A stretch of 43,521 nt of DNA from an uncultured Acidimicrobiales bacterium (GTDB lineage Bacteria > Actinomycetota > Acidimicrobiia > Acidimicrobiales > SHLQ01), in the NCBI GenBank assembly GCA_937969565.1, contig CALBVR010000300.1:1-43521 (forward strand), in the 5' to 3' direction. How positions within the stretch are numbered: position 1 is the stretch's first letter; every line of letters begins with the position of its first letter. Shown here piece after piece: positions 34,973-43,509 of the stretch. Made by a program: the position numbers and the translations under genes. The notes under the pieces are model-generated. The model worked only from the letters and a program-made list of their open reading frames with translations. It ran no database searches and was not told the DNA's origin.

Positions 34973-36156
34973 GTCTGTTCTCCTGCAAACCAACCTGAAG
35001 CGCGGACGCAGTGCGCCCGGTCGCCCACGGCGACGGTCCAATCCTGCAGCTCCGGCTCGTCGGACACGCAAATCACCTGACACATTTCGCTGACGCGAAG
35101 CAGGACGGCAAGCGCCGAGACGCCCTGGCGCCCCGGGATGTCGTGGAGTGGATCCTCAACGAGGAGTGGCAACGGCCGCCCGTCGGAATTCGCCGGAATC
35201 GCCGCAGATTCGAGGCGCGTCGGCAGCGCCGGATTGGCGCCGCCATCGACGGCAAACGCGAGGTGGTCTTGCGCAGCGGCGAGGAAGGCTCGCTGGCTGC
35301 GCAGTCGCCGCCGCAGGCGAGTGCGGCGGCGTTCGAGCTGCTGCAGTTCGCTCGAGGTGCCCGGAGCGGTCCGCACCGGCTCGATCACACCGGCCAGCCT
35401 GGCTTCGAGGCGACGCCGGATCGACGTCAGCTCTTCGCTCTCCTGCAGCGCCTGCGTTGCGATGACGGTGGGCTCCGCTCCCCCGTCGAGTCCGAGCTCT
35501 GTGAGAATCGGCCGCACGTCGAGCCCGCCGTCGAGCGCGCCCTGCAGGCGTTCCATGACCGCGGGATCGGGGGCGACGGCCTCCACGGCCGTCAACGTTT
35601 CGCGGGTCTCGGCATCGTCGTTCTCGTGCACGCGGAGGTCGATGACATCAGGGATGTCGTGCTGTTCGATTCGAAGCTGCCGGGCTGCATCGTCGGCACC
35701 CCGGAGCTCCGCCTCGGTCAGCCGAACGGCGGTTTCGATCGAGCCCACCAACTCGGTCAGGTCGCTGACCTCGGCCCAGCCGATGGTCGGCAGTGCAAAG
35801 GGAATGTCTTCGAGCGGTGCGAACATGGCCCCGGCGCCCGCCAACTGGGATGCCGCTGGAGGTCGCGGCGCCCGAATCGACTGGTTTCGGCCGTCGACCA
35901 GCACGGTGCCTTCCAGACCAAGGTGTGGGGCGTTCTCGTACAGCCCGGCGACGGTCACCGACAGCGCGGCTCGGGCATCCTCGGCCAGCCCTTGCACGAC
36001 GGTGAGACCGGTGTGCAGGCGAAGTGGAGCGTCAGCCGGCCGGGGCGAGGCCAGGGTGAGGATGCGAAGCGCCGGATCGGTGCGCGTGCGTTCGTCCGAC
36101 GCCTGGCGAAGCCGCTGGCGCGCCTCTCGGACCCGGTCGTCGACAGCCACGCTCAC
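34966..36156 (-). CDS. Hypothetical coiled-coil protein with degenerate SMC/ABC-ATPase-like ends
   Basis: GTG 36156 overlaps the SRPBCC stop (GTGA). The stop overlaps the ROK ATG (ATGCTGA). The N-terminus is LRLHTGLTVVQGLAEDARAAL with no GxxxxGK[ST]. The middle is Arg/Glu/Leu-rich helices. The C-terminus is PLPLLVEDPLHDI...QVICVSDEPEL. Confidence 0.6.
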   Translation of the reverse strand: MSVAVDDRVREARQRLRQASDERTRTDPALRILTLASPRPADAPLRLHTGLTVVQGLAEDARAALSVTVAGLYENAPHLGLEGTVLVDGRNQSIRAPRPPAASQLAGAGAMFAPLEDIPFALPTIGWAEVSDLTELVGSIETAVRLTEAELRGADDAARQLRIEQHDIPDVIDLRVHENDDAETRETLTAVEAVAPDPAVMERLQGALDGGLDVRPILTELGLDGGAEPTVIATQALQESEELTSIRRRLEARLAGVIEPVRTAPGTSSELQQLERRRTRLRRRLRSQRAFLAAAQDHLAFAVDGGANPALPTRLESAAIPANSDGRPLPLLVEDPLHDIPGRQGVSALAVLLRVSEMCQVICVSDEPELQDWTVAVGDRAHCVRASGWFAGEQTC

Positions 36157-36602
36157 GCGCCGCTGGATTCGACCCTCTGCTTCAGGTCTTCGAGGGCCGT
36201 GTGAAGCAGTTTCGCCTCGGCGCGACGTTTCACGAAGCCCGGCAGGGGTACCAGCATGTCCACGGACACGTAGTAGTTGACCTCGCACGTGGATCCGTCA
36301 CCGACGGGGACGAACTCATACTCGCCGTCGATCCGCTCCATGACATCGCCTTCGATGAGGCGCCAGGACATGCGCAGCGGGTTGGAGCCGTAGCTGTAGC
36401 GAAGCGTGTAGGAGGTGGAGCGACCCATCGCTGCCACCCGAAAAGCCACGTCGCCACCGCGGCCGTTGTCGTCGACGGCGACGATCTCGGCCTCTTTGAG
36501 GTCGGTGGCCCATTCGGGATATCGCTCGAAGTCGGTCGCCACCGCGAAGCACGCCTCGGGCGTGGCCTGGATCTCGATTCGTTCTGCAGCTTGATCCGTC
36601 AT
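36153..36602 (-). CDS. SRPBCC (polyketide cyclase/START-like) family protein
   Basis: ATG 36602 follows GGAGGAG. The sequence has I.A.PE.CF.V..DFERYPEW..... and a beta-rich pattern typical of SRPBCC. Confidence 0.72.
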   Translation of the reverse strand: MTDQAAERIEIQATPEACFAVATDFERYPEWATDLKEAEIVAVDDNGRGGDVAFRVAAMGRSTSYTLRYSYGSNPLRMSWRLIEGDVMERIDGEYEFVPVGDGSTCEVNYYVSVDMLVPLPGFVKRRAEAKLLHTALEDLKQRVESSGA

Positions 36603-36651
36603 GCGACTCCTCCAGTGTGCGTCCCCGAGAGTACTCCACCGGCTCGGATTC

Positions 36652-37131
36652 TCAATGTTGGCCCGACGGCTTCGGCGTCGGATTCCTTGGATCGTCACGA
36701 GGATGAAACGAGGCTGCCCGAGAGCCCCAGAGCGTGGCGAATCCGACGCCCAGCATGGGAAACAGAAGACCGAACGCCTGCTGGGTGAATGGGCGCAACG
36801 ATGCAAAGAGGATCGAGACGACGGTCTCCACCGCCACCGCGCCCCACAGCAGGTTTCGCGGCTCCTTCGGGACGAACGAACTGCCGAGGGCCAGCAGCCC
36901 GGTGAGTGTGACCTCGTCGACCCGGCTGCGCTGCACGCCGTTCCAGAAGCCCAGCAGGAAGAGCCCGATTCCTACGACGAACACGAGCGAGTTGAACACG
37001 GCGAAGGCGATGTCGAGCGTGTCTGCGGCAAACCATGCGACCACGGAGACGACGGTGAAGACGCCCGCCGTCCGCATGCTGAGACGGGGGATGCGGAGGT
37101 CCGCACTGGAAGGGTTGGGGGTCAGGTCCAT
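36652..37131 (-). CDS. Hypothetical membrane protein (4 TM)
   Basis: 159 aa with four hydrophobic helices. The start overlaps the GT4 3' end by 10 nt. Confidence 0.55.
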   Translation of the reverse strand: MDLTPNPSSADLRIPRLSMRTAGVFTVVSVVAWFAADTLDIAFAVFNSLVFVVGIGLFLLGFWNGVQRSRVDEVTLTGLLALGSSFVPKEPRNLLWGAVAVETVVSILFASLRPFTQQAFGLLFPMLGVGFATLWGSRAASFHPRDDPRNPTPKPSGQH

Positions 37132-38246
37132 CGCTGCAGGGTTTCGGCCAATCGGGCCGCGAGCACATCGTAGGAGAATTCTCGTTCGGCTCGTTCCCGC
37201 GCAGCGGCGCCGAGCCGTCGTCGGGTGTCGTCGTCGCTGAGTAGGTGGTCGATGGCTGCCGCCACCGAGTCGATGCTGGCGTTCTCGTCCACCACAATGC
37301 CGGTTTCGCCGTCGGCCACCGCCTCGTGTGCGCCACCGCTGCGTCCGGCCACCTGGGCCACCCCGGCGGCGGCAGCTTCGACGAACACGATTCCGAACCC
37401 CTCCTGTTCGAGGCCGCCCCAGCGGGAGCGACAGAGCATCACGAAGAGGTCACTGGCCCCGTACAAACGGGCCTTGTCGTCTTCGCTGATCCGGCCGAAC
37501 AGCCGGACAGGAGCGTTGCGGGAGTCGATGAGATTCTGTAGCCGTCGACGATCGCGGCCGTCACCGGCGATGCCGACCAACAGCGACGGATGATGTCGTC
37601 GGAGGCGGGCGGCAGCTTCGATGAGCGTGTCCATCCCCTTGCGCGGTACGAGCCGGCTCACGCTCAGGATGAACGGCGCACCGGGGTCGATGCCGTAGCG
37701 GGCGCGGATGCGGCGCCGTTCGTCGACATCGCTCGGTACGAATCGGCTCGTGTCGACGCCGGGAGGGATCACGGCGGCGTCGAGCGAACGGCCCGCCGCT
37801 CGTTCGGCCTCGGCGAGTGCGTACTCGCCCGCCGAGATCACACCGACGGCGTTGTTGAGCACGCGGGCGAGTGCCTGTTTCGAGCCGGGGAGACGGCCGG
37901 GCACGGTCACCTCGGCCCCGTGAAGGACCACGGCGTACGGCTTCGCCAGCGTCGGACCCACGAGCCCGAGCGGGACCGCGGGGTCGATGACGTGGAGCGA
38001 AGCGTCGAACCGTTCGGCCGCTTCGTCGAGGCGACGGGTGAGCCACGGGTACGGCAACAGGACCGGCTCCTTCGAGCGGTGGGTCACGTAGGGCTGCTCG
38101 GCATCGAATGTGGAGGCGCCGTCGTACGGCGTCGTGTGCACTTCGAAGGTGGACGGGTCGAGTCGGCGCCACAGCTCCCACAGGTACTGCTGGATCCCAC
38201 CGATCTTCGGCGGGAAGTCGTTGGTGACGAGCAGGTGTCGGCTCAC
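37122..38246 (-). CDS. GT4-family glycosyltransferase (PimB-like mannosyltransferase)
   Basis: GTG 38246 overlaps the queG stop (GTGA). Motifs LLVTNDFPPKIGGIQ, RLVPRKG and EQEGFGIVFVEAAAAG (EX7E context). Confidence 0.85.
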   Translation of the reverse strand: MSRHLLVTNDFPPKIGGIQQYLWELWRRLDPSTFEVHTTPYDGASTFDAEQPYVTHRSKEPVLLPYPWLTRRLDEAAERFDASLHVIDPAVPLGLVGPTLAKPYAVVLHGAEVTVPGRLPGSKQALARVLNNAVGVISAGEYALAEAERAAGRSLDAAVIPPGVDTSRFVPSDVDERRRIRARYGIDPGAPFILSVSRLVPRKGMDTLIEAAARLRRHHPSLLVGIAGDGRDRRRLQNLIDSRNAPVRLFGRISEDDKARLYGASDLFVMLCRSRWGGLEQEGFGIVFVEAAAAGVAQVAGRSGGAHEAVADGETGIVVDENASIDSVAAAIDHLLSDDDTRRRLGAAARERAEREFSYDVLAARLAETLQRWT

Positions 38247-39352
38247 TGGCGGGCCCCGATCAGTGCGTTGATCTCGGCGAGCACGTCGGGGTCGGCCGTG
38301 TCTGTAGCATCGACGAGATCGGTGTGACCGAGCTGCTCGGCAGCCCACAGCGCATGCGCCTGCTCGATGGGGTCGGCCGAGGCCGTCCATCGTTCCAGGA
38401 GCAATCGAGTCTCTGGTGCGTCGGCCTGCGCCACGTTGCCGAGCACGACGAGCGCGTTGCGGCGGAGGTAACGGGGTTCGCGGCCGGGGATGTACCAGAC
38501 GCCGAATCGTTCGAGCAGCGTGTCATCGTCGAGCTCGAGCAGCTCCTGCACCGATGCCCAGGCGGCTCCGTCCGTGGGTGGCGCCGGCTCCTTTCGATCG
38601 TGGAGCAGGTTGGGCGGGCAGGTGCTTTGGCAGTCGTCGCAGCCGTAGATGCGGTTTCCAAGTGCTGTGCGGTACTCCCGGGGGAAGGTTCCCTTGGCCT
38701 GCACGAGCCAGGCCAGGCAGCGTCGTGCGTCGATGACGCCGTTTTCCACGATCGCGCCGGTCGGACAGTTGTCGATGCAGCGGGTGCACGGACCACAGGC
38801 GTCAGGGATCGGGCCTGGTGACGGGGCGAGGTCGGCATCGGTGACGACGGATCCAAGCACGAAACGACTTCCCCGTTCGGGAATCAGCAGGTTGCTGTTC
38901 TTGCCCCACCAGCCGATGCCGGCCCGGTGGGCGGCTGCCCGGTCGACGAGTGCGTTGTCGTCGACGAGCACGCGGGTTCGGTGGCCGGCGTCACGCAGCC
39001 GCTGCGAGATGGCGTCGAGGCCCCGCCGGAGTTCGACGTAGTGCGCTTCCCACACATACTCCCCCACTCGGGCCGAGCCGGTGGTGGCGGCGGGCTGCGG
39101 CGGCTCTGCTCGCCGATAGGACCGCGCCCCGACCACGATGCTCCTCGCCCCGGGCAACGCCCGCTCGGGGTCGGTGGCCCGGTCGGGGTTTCGGTAGGTG
39201 AACTGCATGTCCGCATGGAGTCCGGCCTGGCGACGGTCGTGGAGCACGGCCCGGGTCGTCTCAAAAACCTCGGCGCCGCACACGCCGATCCGGTCGAGTC
39301 CGTTGGCTTCGGCGAGCGCTTGGAGCTCGTCGATGATCGATGCCGAAGCCAT
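38243..39352 (-). CDS. queG: tRNA epoxyqueuosine(34) reductase
   Basis: Motifs GIGWWGKNSNLI, CGPCTRCIDNCPTGAI and GCDDCQSTCPPN (two 4Fe-4S motifs), plus a C-terminal HEAT-like tail. Confidence 0.88.
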   Translation of the reverse strand: MASASIIDELQALAEANGLDRIGVCGAEVFETTRAVLHDRRQAGLHADMQFTYRNPDRATDPERALPGARSIVVGARSYRRAEPPQPAATTGSARVGEYVWEAHYVELRRGLDAISQRLRDAGHRTRVLVDDNALVDRAAAHRAGIGWWGKNSNLLIPERGSRFVLGSVVTDADLAPSPGPIPDACGPCTRCIDNCPTGAIVENGVIDARRCLAWLVQAKGTFPREYRTALGNRIYGCDDCQSTCPPNLLHDRKEPAPPTDGAAWASVQELLELDDDTLLERFGVWYIPGREPRYLRRNALVVLGNVAQADAPETRLLLERWTASADPIEQAHALWAAEQLGHTDLVDATDTADPDVLAEINALIGARQ

Positions 39353-39410
39353 GCGAACAATCTATTGGCTGGCGGGAGCCGTCGGACCTGTGCCCGGACG
39401 GTGCGTCATC

Positions 39411-39614
39411 TCATTGGGCGCGGTGTTTGAGGTCTGGCACGAGACCGGCATCCGCCAGCAGCTTCATCGCCCGGACGTCGGCCAGGTCGATGACCACCGC
39501 TTGTTCCGGTTCGCGTTCGCAGATGAAGGTGACGATGCAGTCGTCGCACGCCGAGGTGGCCTGCATGACGCAGCTGTCGCAGTCGATGGTGAGCGCTTCT
39601 CTAGACACGCCCAT
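39411..39614 (-). CDS. Cys-rich miniprotein (CxxC-x7-CxxC-x5-C), probable Zn-binding
   Basis: MGVSREALTIDCDSCVMQATSACDDCIVTFIC...GLVPDLKH. The alternative GTG start at 39638 would add 8 aa. Confidence 0.55.
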   Translation of the reverse strand: MGVSREALTIDCDSCVMQATSACDDCIVTFICEREPEQAVVIDLADVRAMKLLADAGLVPDLKHRAQ

Positions 39615-39651
39615 CACCGTACGGATGGGGTGTGACACTGAATCCCGATGC

Positions 39652-40866
39652 CTAGGCCAGGCTGTTCAGAAGCTGCTCGGACGATGCCGTGTTGGCACCC
39701 CCGCCCCGAGCGCCATCGCGGACCCGACGGTCACTGCTCACCACGAGGACCGGACGGCCAGAGGCGACCCGACCGACACCGTCGATGATCACGTCGTCGG
39801 CTTCAACGCCTTCGGGCGAAAACCGTATCGTCACGCCCCGGTCGCGGCCGCCTGACGCGGCGACGCCCACGTCGGCGCCATCGAAGACGACGTCGAAATC
39901 GGCGCCCGCTCGCGCCGCCAACGAACGCAGTCCCTGGGCCAGCCATTCCCGCTGCTCTTCGAGCGACCAGTCGTCATGGTTCGTGCGGGTGACGTTGTAG
40001 CCGTCAACCATCACGAGCATCCCCGGGATTCGCAACAGGTAGTCGAATGCTTCGTCCGAGTCATCGTGCATTCCCGGCGGGAGCGGCATCGGCGTCCGCC
40101 GGTCGACGACCGTCCGGCTCGGCGTGGCCCGATCCCGCAGCTCAGCCACCTCTGCGCTGAGCGCCGTGACCATCCCACGAAGCCGATCTGCGCGTTCGCG
40201 CACCTCGCTGTCCGCAATCGCTCCCCCGTCGGCCACCGTGCTCAGCTGTGCGGCGGTCATGTCGGCCAGTTGACGTTCGACGAGCTTGCGTTCCATCACG
40301 TGGCGAGCCATCACGAGCTCGGTTTGCTTGAGCTCGGCCACGGCACGTTGGCGCTCATCCGCTCGCTGCTCGGCCTCGTTGCGAAGCCGCTCGACCTCGT
40401 CGGCGTCGGCCCCCGCGGACGCTTCTGCGCTGATGGCCCGTTGCTTCCACTCGGCGGCCTCGGCGCGGGCGTCTTCGAGTTCCGTTTCCAATCTGGCGAC
40501 GGATCGTTCGGCAACGCCGAGTCGGTGTTCGAGTTTCCGGGTGTCGCCGGTTCGGTCGAGGATCGGTTCTTCAGCCACTTCGACGAAGCGGGCGATCAGT
40601 TCTTCCCACCCGTCCCCACGCTCGAGGAACGCCATGCCGATTCGGCCGACCGACCGTTCATCGGCCGACTCGAGCACCCGGGCCCGGAATTCGGGATCGG
40701 TGTCGAGTACGTCGTGGATGGTCTGACGGGCGCGGGCGGGCATGCGGGTGAATCGCAGCATCGGAACCAGACGCTGCGGTGGGGCGACCCGCGGCTTCTT
40801 CTTGTTGCCCTTCTGCGCGACGGTGAAGGCGAGTTCGAGGACGGGGTCGAAGAGCTCCGATGGCAT
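39652..40866 (-). CDS. Coiled-coil protein with C-terminal NYN/YacP-like (PIN-fold) nuclease domain
   Basis: The C-terminus, MLVMVDGYNV...FDVVFDG...VTIRFSPEGVEADDVI, matches the YacP/NYN pattern. The central 150 aa are Ala/Glu/Arg-rich heptad-like. It starts 2 nt after the trpD stop. Confidence 0.68.
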   Translation of the reverse strand: MPSELFDPVLELAFTVAQKGNKKKPRVAPPQRLVPMLRFTRMPARARQTIHDVLDTDPEFRARVLESADERSVGRIGMAFLERGDGWEELIARFVEVAEEPILDRTGDTRKLEHRLGVAERSVARLETELEDARAEAAEWKQRAISAEASAGADADEVERLRNEAEQRADERQRAVAELKQTELVMARHVMERKLVERQLADMTAAQLSTVADGGAIADSEVRERADRLRGMVTALSAEVAELRDRATPSRTVVDRRTPMPLPPGMHDDSDEAFDYLLRIPGMLVMVDGYNVTRTNHDDWSLEEQREWLAQGLRSLAARAGADFDVVFDGADVGVAASGGRDRGVTIRFSPEGVEADDVIIDGVGRVASGRPVLVVSSDRRVRDGARGGGANTASSEQLLNSLA

Positions 40867-40868
40867 CG

Positions 40869-41915
40869 TCAGCCGGCGGCGGTGGCCTGCACGTGGGCAT
40901 CCACCGTCGCACGGGCCTCCCCGGAGTCGAGCGCAGCTCCCGCTCGGGTGATGCCATCACCGATGTCGGTTGCGACACCGGCCACGACGAGGCCGGCTGC
41001 GGCGTTGAGCACGACGATGTCGCGGGCGGCACCGGTCTCGCCGGCGAGCATCCGATCGAAGATCGCCGTGTTTGCGGCGGCGTCTCCGCCGTCGAGTGCG
41101 CCGTCGGCCGGAGGTGCGATGCCGTGATCCTGCGGATCGATCGTGAAGCGGCTGATCTGGCCGTGGTCGAGCTGGTGCACGACGGTCGGCCCTGTGGTGG
41201 ACAGCTCGTCGAGCTGTCCGTCGCCGGTCACGATCCAGGAGAACTCGGAGCCGGTGGCGGCGAGCACGCCGAGCATCCGTTCGCCCAGATCTGCGTCGGC
41301 GACGCCGACGACCTGGCGGGTCACCCGGGCGGGGTTTGCGAGCGGGCCGAGGGCGTTGAAGACGGTGGGAACTCCGAGCTGCACTCGGACGGGCCCAACG
41401 TGGCGCATCGACGGGTGGTAGAGCTTGGCGAACGCGAAGCCGACCCCGGTCTCGGCCACGACCTTCTGGAGGTGGTCGGCGCCGAACTCGAACTGGGCGC
41501 CGAGCGCTTCGAGGAAGTCGAAGCTGCCGGAGGTCGACGAGGCCTTCCGGTTTCCGTGTTTGAGGACCGTGGCTCCGGCTGCGGCTGCGACGAAGCAGGC
41601 CATCGTGGAGACGTTCAGCGCGGCCCGGCGGCGGCTCGGAGCGCCGCCCATGCCGACGATGTCGATGGCGTCCGGGGCGACGGAGAGCGGTGTCGCCTCG
41701 GCGTGCATGGCTTCAACCATGCCGGTGAGCTCTTCGACGGTCTCCCCCTTCATCCGAATGGCCACGATGAAGGCGGCGATCTGGCTGTCCTCGGCCCGGC
41801 CTGCGAGGACCTCGGCGAGGACCGCCTTGGTCTGCGCCGCGGTGAGGTCGTGGCCGGCTTGGAGGGCGCCGAGGATGGCCGGCCAGCCGCCGGCGGTCTC
41901 GAAGTCTGTCGTCAT
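40869..41915 (-). CDS. trpD: Anthranilate phosphoribosyltransferase
   Basis: Motifs IAAFIVAIRMKGET, VLKHGNRKASS, FLEALG, HPSMRHVGPVR and PTVFNALGPLANP. The Gly-rich PRPP loop reads GMGGA rather than GTGGD. Confidence 0.85.
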   Translation of the reverse strand: MTTDFETAGGWPAILGALQAGHDLTAAQTKAVLAEVLAGRAEDSQIAAFIVAIRMKGETVEELTGMVEAMHAEATPLSVAPDAIDIVGMGGAPSRRRAALNVSTMACFVAAAAGATVLKHGNRKASSTSGSFDFLEALGAQFEFGADHLQKVVAETGVGFAFAKLYHPSMRHVGPVRVQLGVPTVFNALGPLANPARVTRQVVGVADADLGERMLGVLAATGSEFSWIVTGDGQLDELSTTGPTVVHQLDHGQISRFTIDPQDHGIAPPADGALDGGDAAANTAIFDRMLAGETGAARDIVVLNAAAGLVVAGVATDIGDGITRAGAALDSGEARATVDAHVQATAAG

Positions 41916-41925
41916 GGCGGCGAGT

Positions 41926-42534
41926 CTATGACTCTGCTGGGGGCGGCGAGGATTTGAGCACGCGGGCGGGGGCGCCGCCGGCGACGCAGTCGTCTGGCAG
42001 GTCGGTGGTGACGACCGAGTTGGCGCCGACCATGACCCGTTTGCCGATGGTGACCCCGGGTGTGACGACGACGCCGGTGCCGAGCCAGGAGTTCGCGCCG
42101 ATGCGTACGGGCTTCTCGGGCCGTGACTGTTTGCCGATCGGCAGGTCGGGGTCGCTGTTGTCGTGGTTCTGGTCGGTGACGAAGACGTTGGGCCCGAAGA
42201 AGACGCCGTCTTCGATCACGACTTCGAAGTGGGCGGCAATGGAACAGCCGCGGCCGATGAGGCAGTTGTCGCCGATGACGAGCATGCGGTCGGAGAGGAG
42301 TTCCTGCCCGGGTGCCATCCCGACGCTGAGGGCGCACCAGGGCCCGAAGATCGTTCCTTCGCCGATGTGGATGGCGTGTTCGTTGTAGATGACCTGCGGC
42401 GGGAAGCAGATGAGCGAGCCTTGGCCGAAGGTGCCGAACTTCTGGGCGCGTCGGGAGTCGGGGCCGAGGCCGGCGCGGCGGCTCAGGCGTTCCCACCCGT
42501 CGAGTGCGAGGTCGCCGAGTGTTGGCCGTCCCAT
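41926..42534 (-). CDS. Hexapeptide-repeat (LbH) acetyltransferase
   Basis: IGDNCLIGRGCSI, IEDGVFFGPNVFV, IGANSWLGTGVVVTPGVTIGKRVMVGANSVV form the left-handed beta-helix repeat pattern. Confidence 0.8.
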   Translation of the reverse strand: MGRPTLGDLALDGWERLSRRAGLGPDSRRAQKFGTFGQGSLICFPPQVIYNEHAIHIGEGTIFGPWCALSVGMAPGQELLSDRMLVIGDNCLIGRGCSIAAHFEVVIEDGVFFGPNVFVTDQNHDNSDPDLPIGKQSRPEKPVRIGANSWLGTGVVVTPGVTIGKRVMVGANSVVTTDLPDDCVAGGAPARVLKSSPPPAES

Positions 42535-42542
42535 CGCCGGGG

Positions 42543-42962
42543 TCAGCCGCCGAGCTGGTCGAGCATGGCCGAGAAGCGTTCGGCCTGGCTTCCCTCGGAG
42601 CGTGCGAGTGTTTCGAGCCAGTCGGCGATGTCGTCGAGCCCTTCGGCTCGAGCTGTCTCAGCGTGGGCCGTGTATCGGCGTTCGGCGTCCTCGCGTTCGC
42701 TGGCGATGGCAGCGCGAAGGTTGTCGACAGCATCACCGATCGGTTCGCCGGAGACGGGGTCGCCGACGTCGATCAGGAACTCGAGTGCGTCGTGGGCATG
42801 GCCGGCTTCGGTGTCGGCGATGTTGCGGAACAGGACGGCGGCGTCGGGCTGGCCTTCGACGTCGGCCTGGTCGGCGAACCAGTGGTAGCGCCGGTTGGCC
42901 TGGCTTTCACGGGCGAAGACGTCGAGGAGGTTCTTGTGGGTTTCACTGCCTTCGAGCGCCAT
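42543..42962 (-). CDS. Rubrerythrin/ferritin-like protein (no rubredoxin domain)
   Basis: ATG 42962 follows GAGGAGG. Motifs THKNLLDVFARESQANRRY, TEAGHAHD and ASEREDAERRY give ExxH pairs in a four-helix pattern. Confidence 0.8.
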   Translation of the reverse strand: MALEGSETHKNLLDVFARESQANRRYHWFADQADVEGQPDAAVLFRNIADTEAGHAHDALEFLIDVGDPVSGEPIGDAVDNLRAAIASEREDAERRYTAHAETARAEGLDDIADWLETLARSEGSQAERFSAMLDQLGG

Positions 42963-43003
42963 TGGGCCCCTCCTCGTTGCGAGACGACAGCGTACCGTGG
43001 CCA

Positions 43004-43080
43004 ACCCACCACCCCCGTACCTGGTACCGATGTGGTGAACCCGCCACCCTCTGTGCCAGATGGGGTCTGACCCCATTGTG
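43004..43080. repeat. Bipartite palindromic repeat element, copy A
   Basis: Contains the 23-mer CCGTACCTGGTACCGATGTGGTG (43015-43037) and the 19-mer GGGGTCTGACCCCATTGTG (43062-43080). Both are repeated exactly in copy B. Confidence 0.8.
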
Positions 43081-43179
43081 GTGACACCGCCACGTTGTGT
43101 GATCTCCGCCGGGCGGAGGAGGCGCCGTTCAGACCCGCGGCCGATGCGCACCGACAGGCACGCTTGCGACGATGACGCC

Positions 43180-43404
43180 ATGACTACGAATTCAACCGAT
43201 CAGAGCCCCCGATTGCGCCGTGTCGTACCCGTCATTGGAGTCGTTCTCGCCGCATCCGCTGCCGCGGGATACGCCGTCGGCAATGGTGCCCGCCGTCTGC
43301 AGGACGACGGGCTGGCGGCCGGCTCCGCTCTTCTGGTTCTCGTCGGCGTGGCGACGTTCGCCTTCGCCATGCGCCGCTGGCTCCAGCAGCGACAGCGCAC
43401 CTGA
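43180..43404 (+). CDS. Small hypothetical 2-TM membrane protein (74 aa)
   Basis: The ATG at 43180 gives MTTNSTDQSPRLRRVVPVIGVVLAASAAAGYAV...ALLVLVGVATFAFAMRRW. It is bracketed by the two repeat copies. The upstream part of ORF 43060..43404 starts inside a palindrome and is not credible. Confidence 0.4.
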   Translation: MTTNSTDQSPRLRRVVPVIGVVLAASAAAGYAVGNGARRLQDDGLAAGSALLVLVGVATFAFAMRRWLQQRQRT

Positions 43405-43420
43405 GCCCACCCTCCGCAGC

Positions 43421-43509
43421 ACCCACACCACATCCGTACCTGGTACCGATGTGGTGGTGCGGCCACGGGGCGTGGCGGTTCGGCTACAAGGGGGTCTGAC
43501 CCCATTGTG
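43421..43509. repeat. Bipartite palindromic repeat element, copy B
   Basis: The identical 23-mer is at 43434-43456 and the identical 19-mer at 43491-43509. The spacer is 34 nt versus 24 nt in copy A. Confidence 0.8.

Noticed and set aside
43060-43179. Longer version of the small ORF starting MGSDPIVV (43060), and the mirror minus-strand ORF starting MGSDPLVA (43505)
   Set aside because: Both 'starts' are produced by the palindrome ATGGGGTCTGACCCCAT, which encodes MGSDP on either strand. This is a sequence artefact, not evidence of coding.
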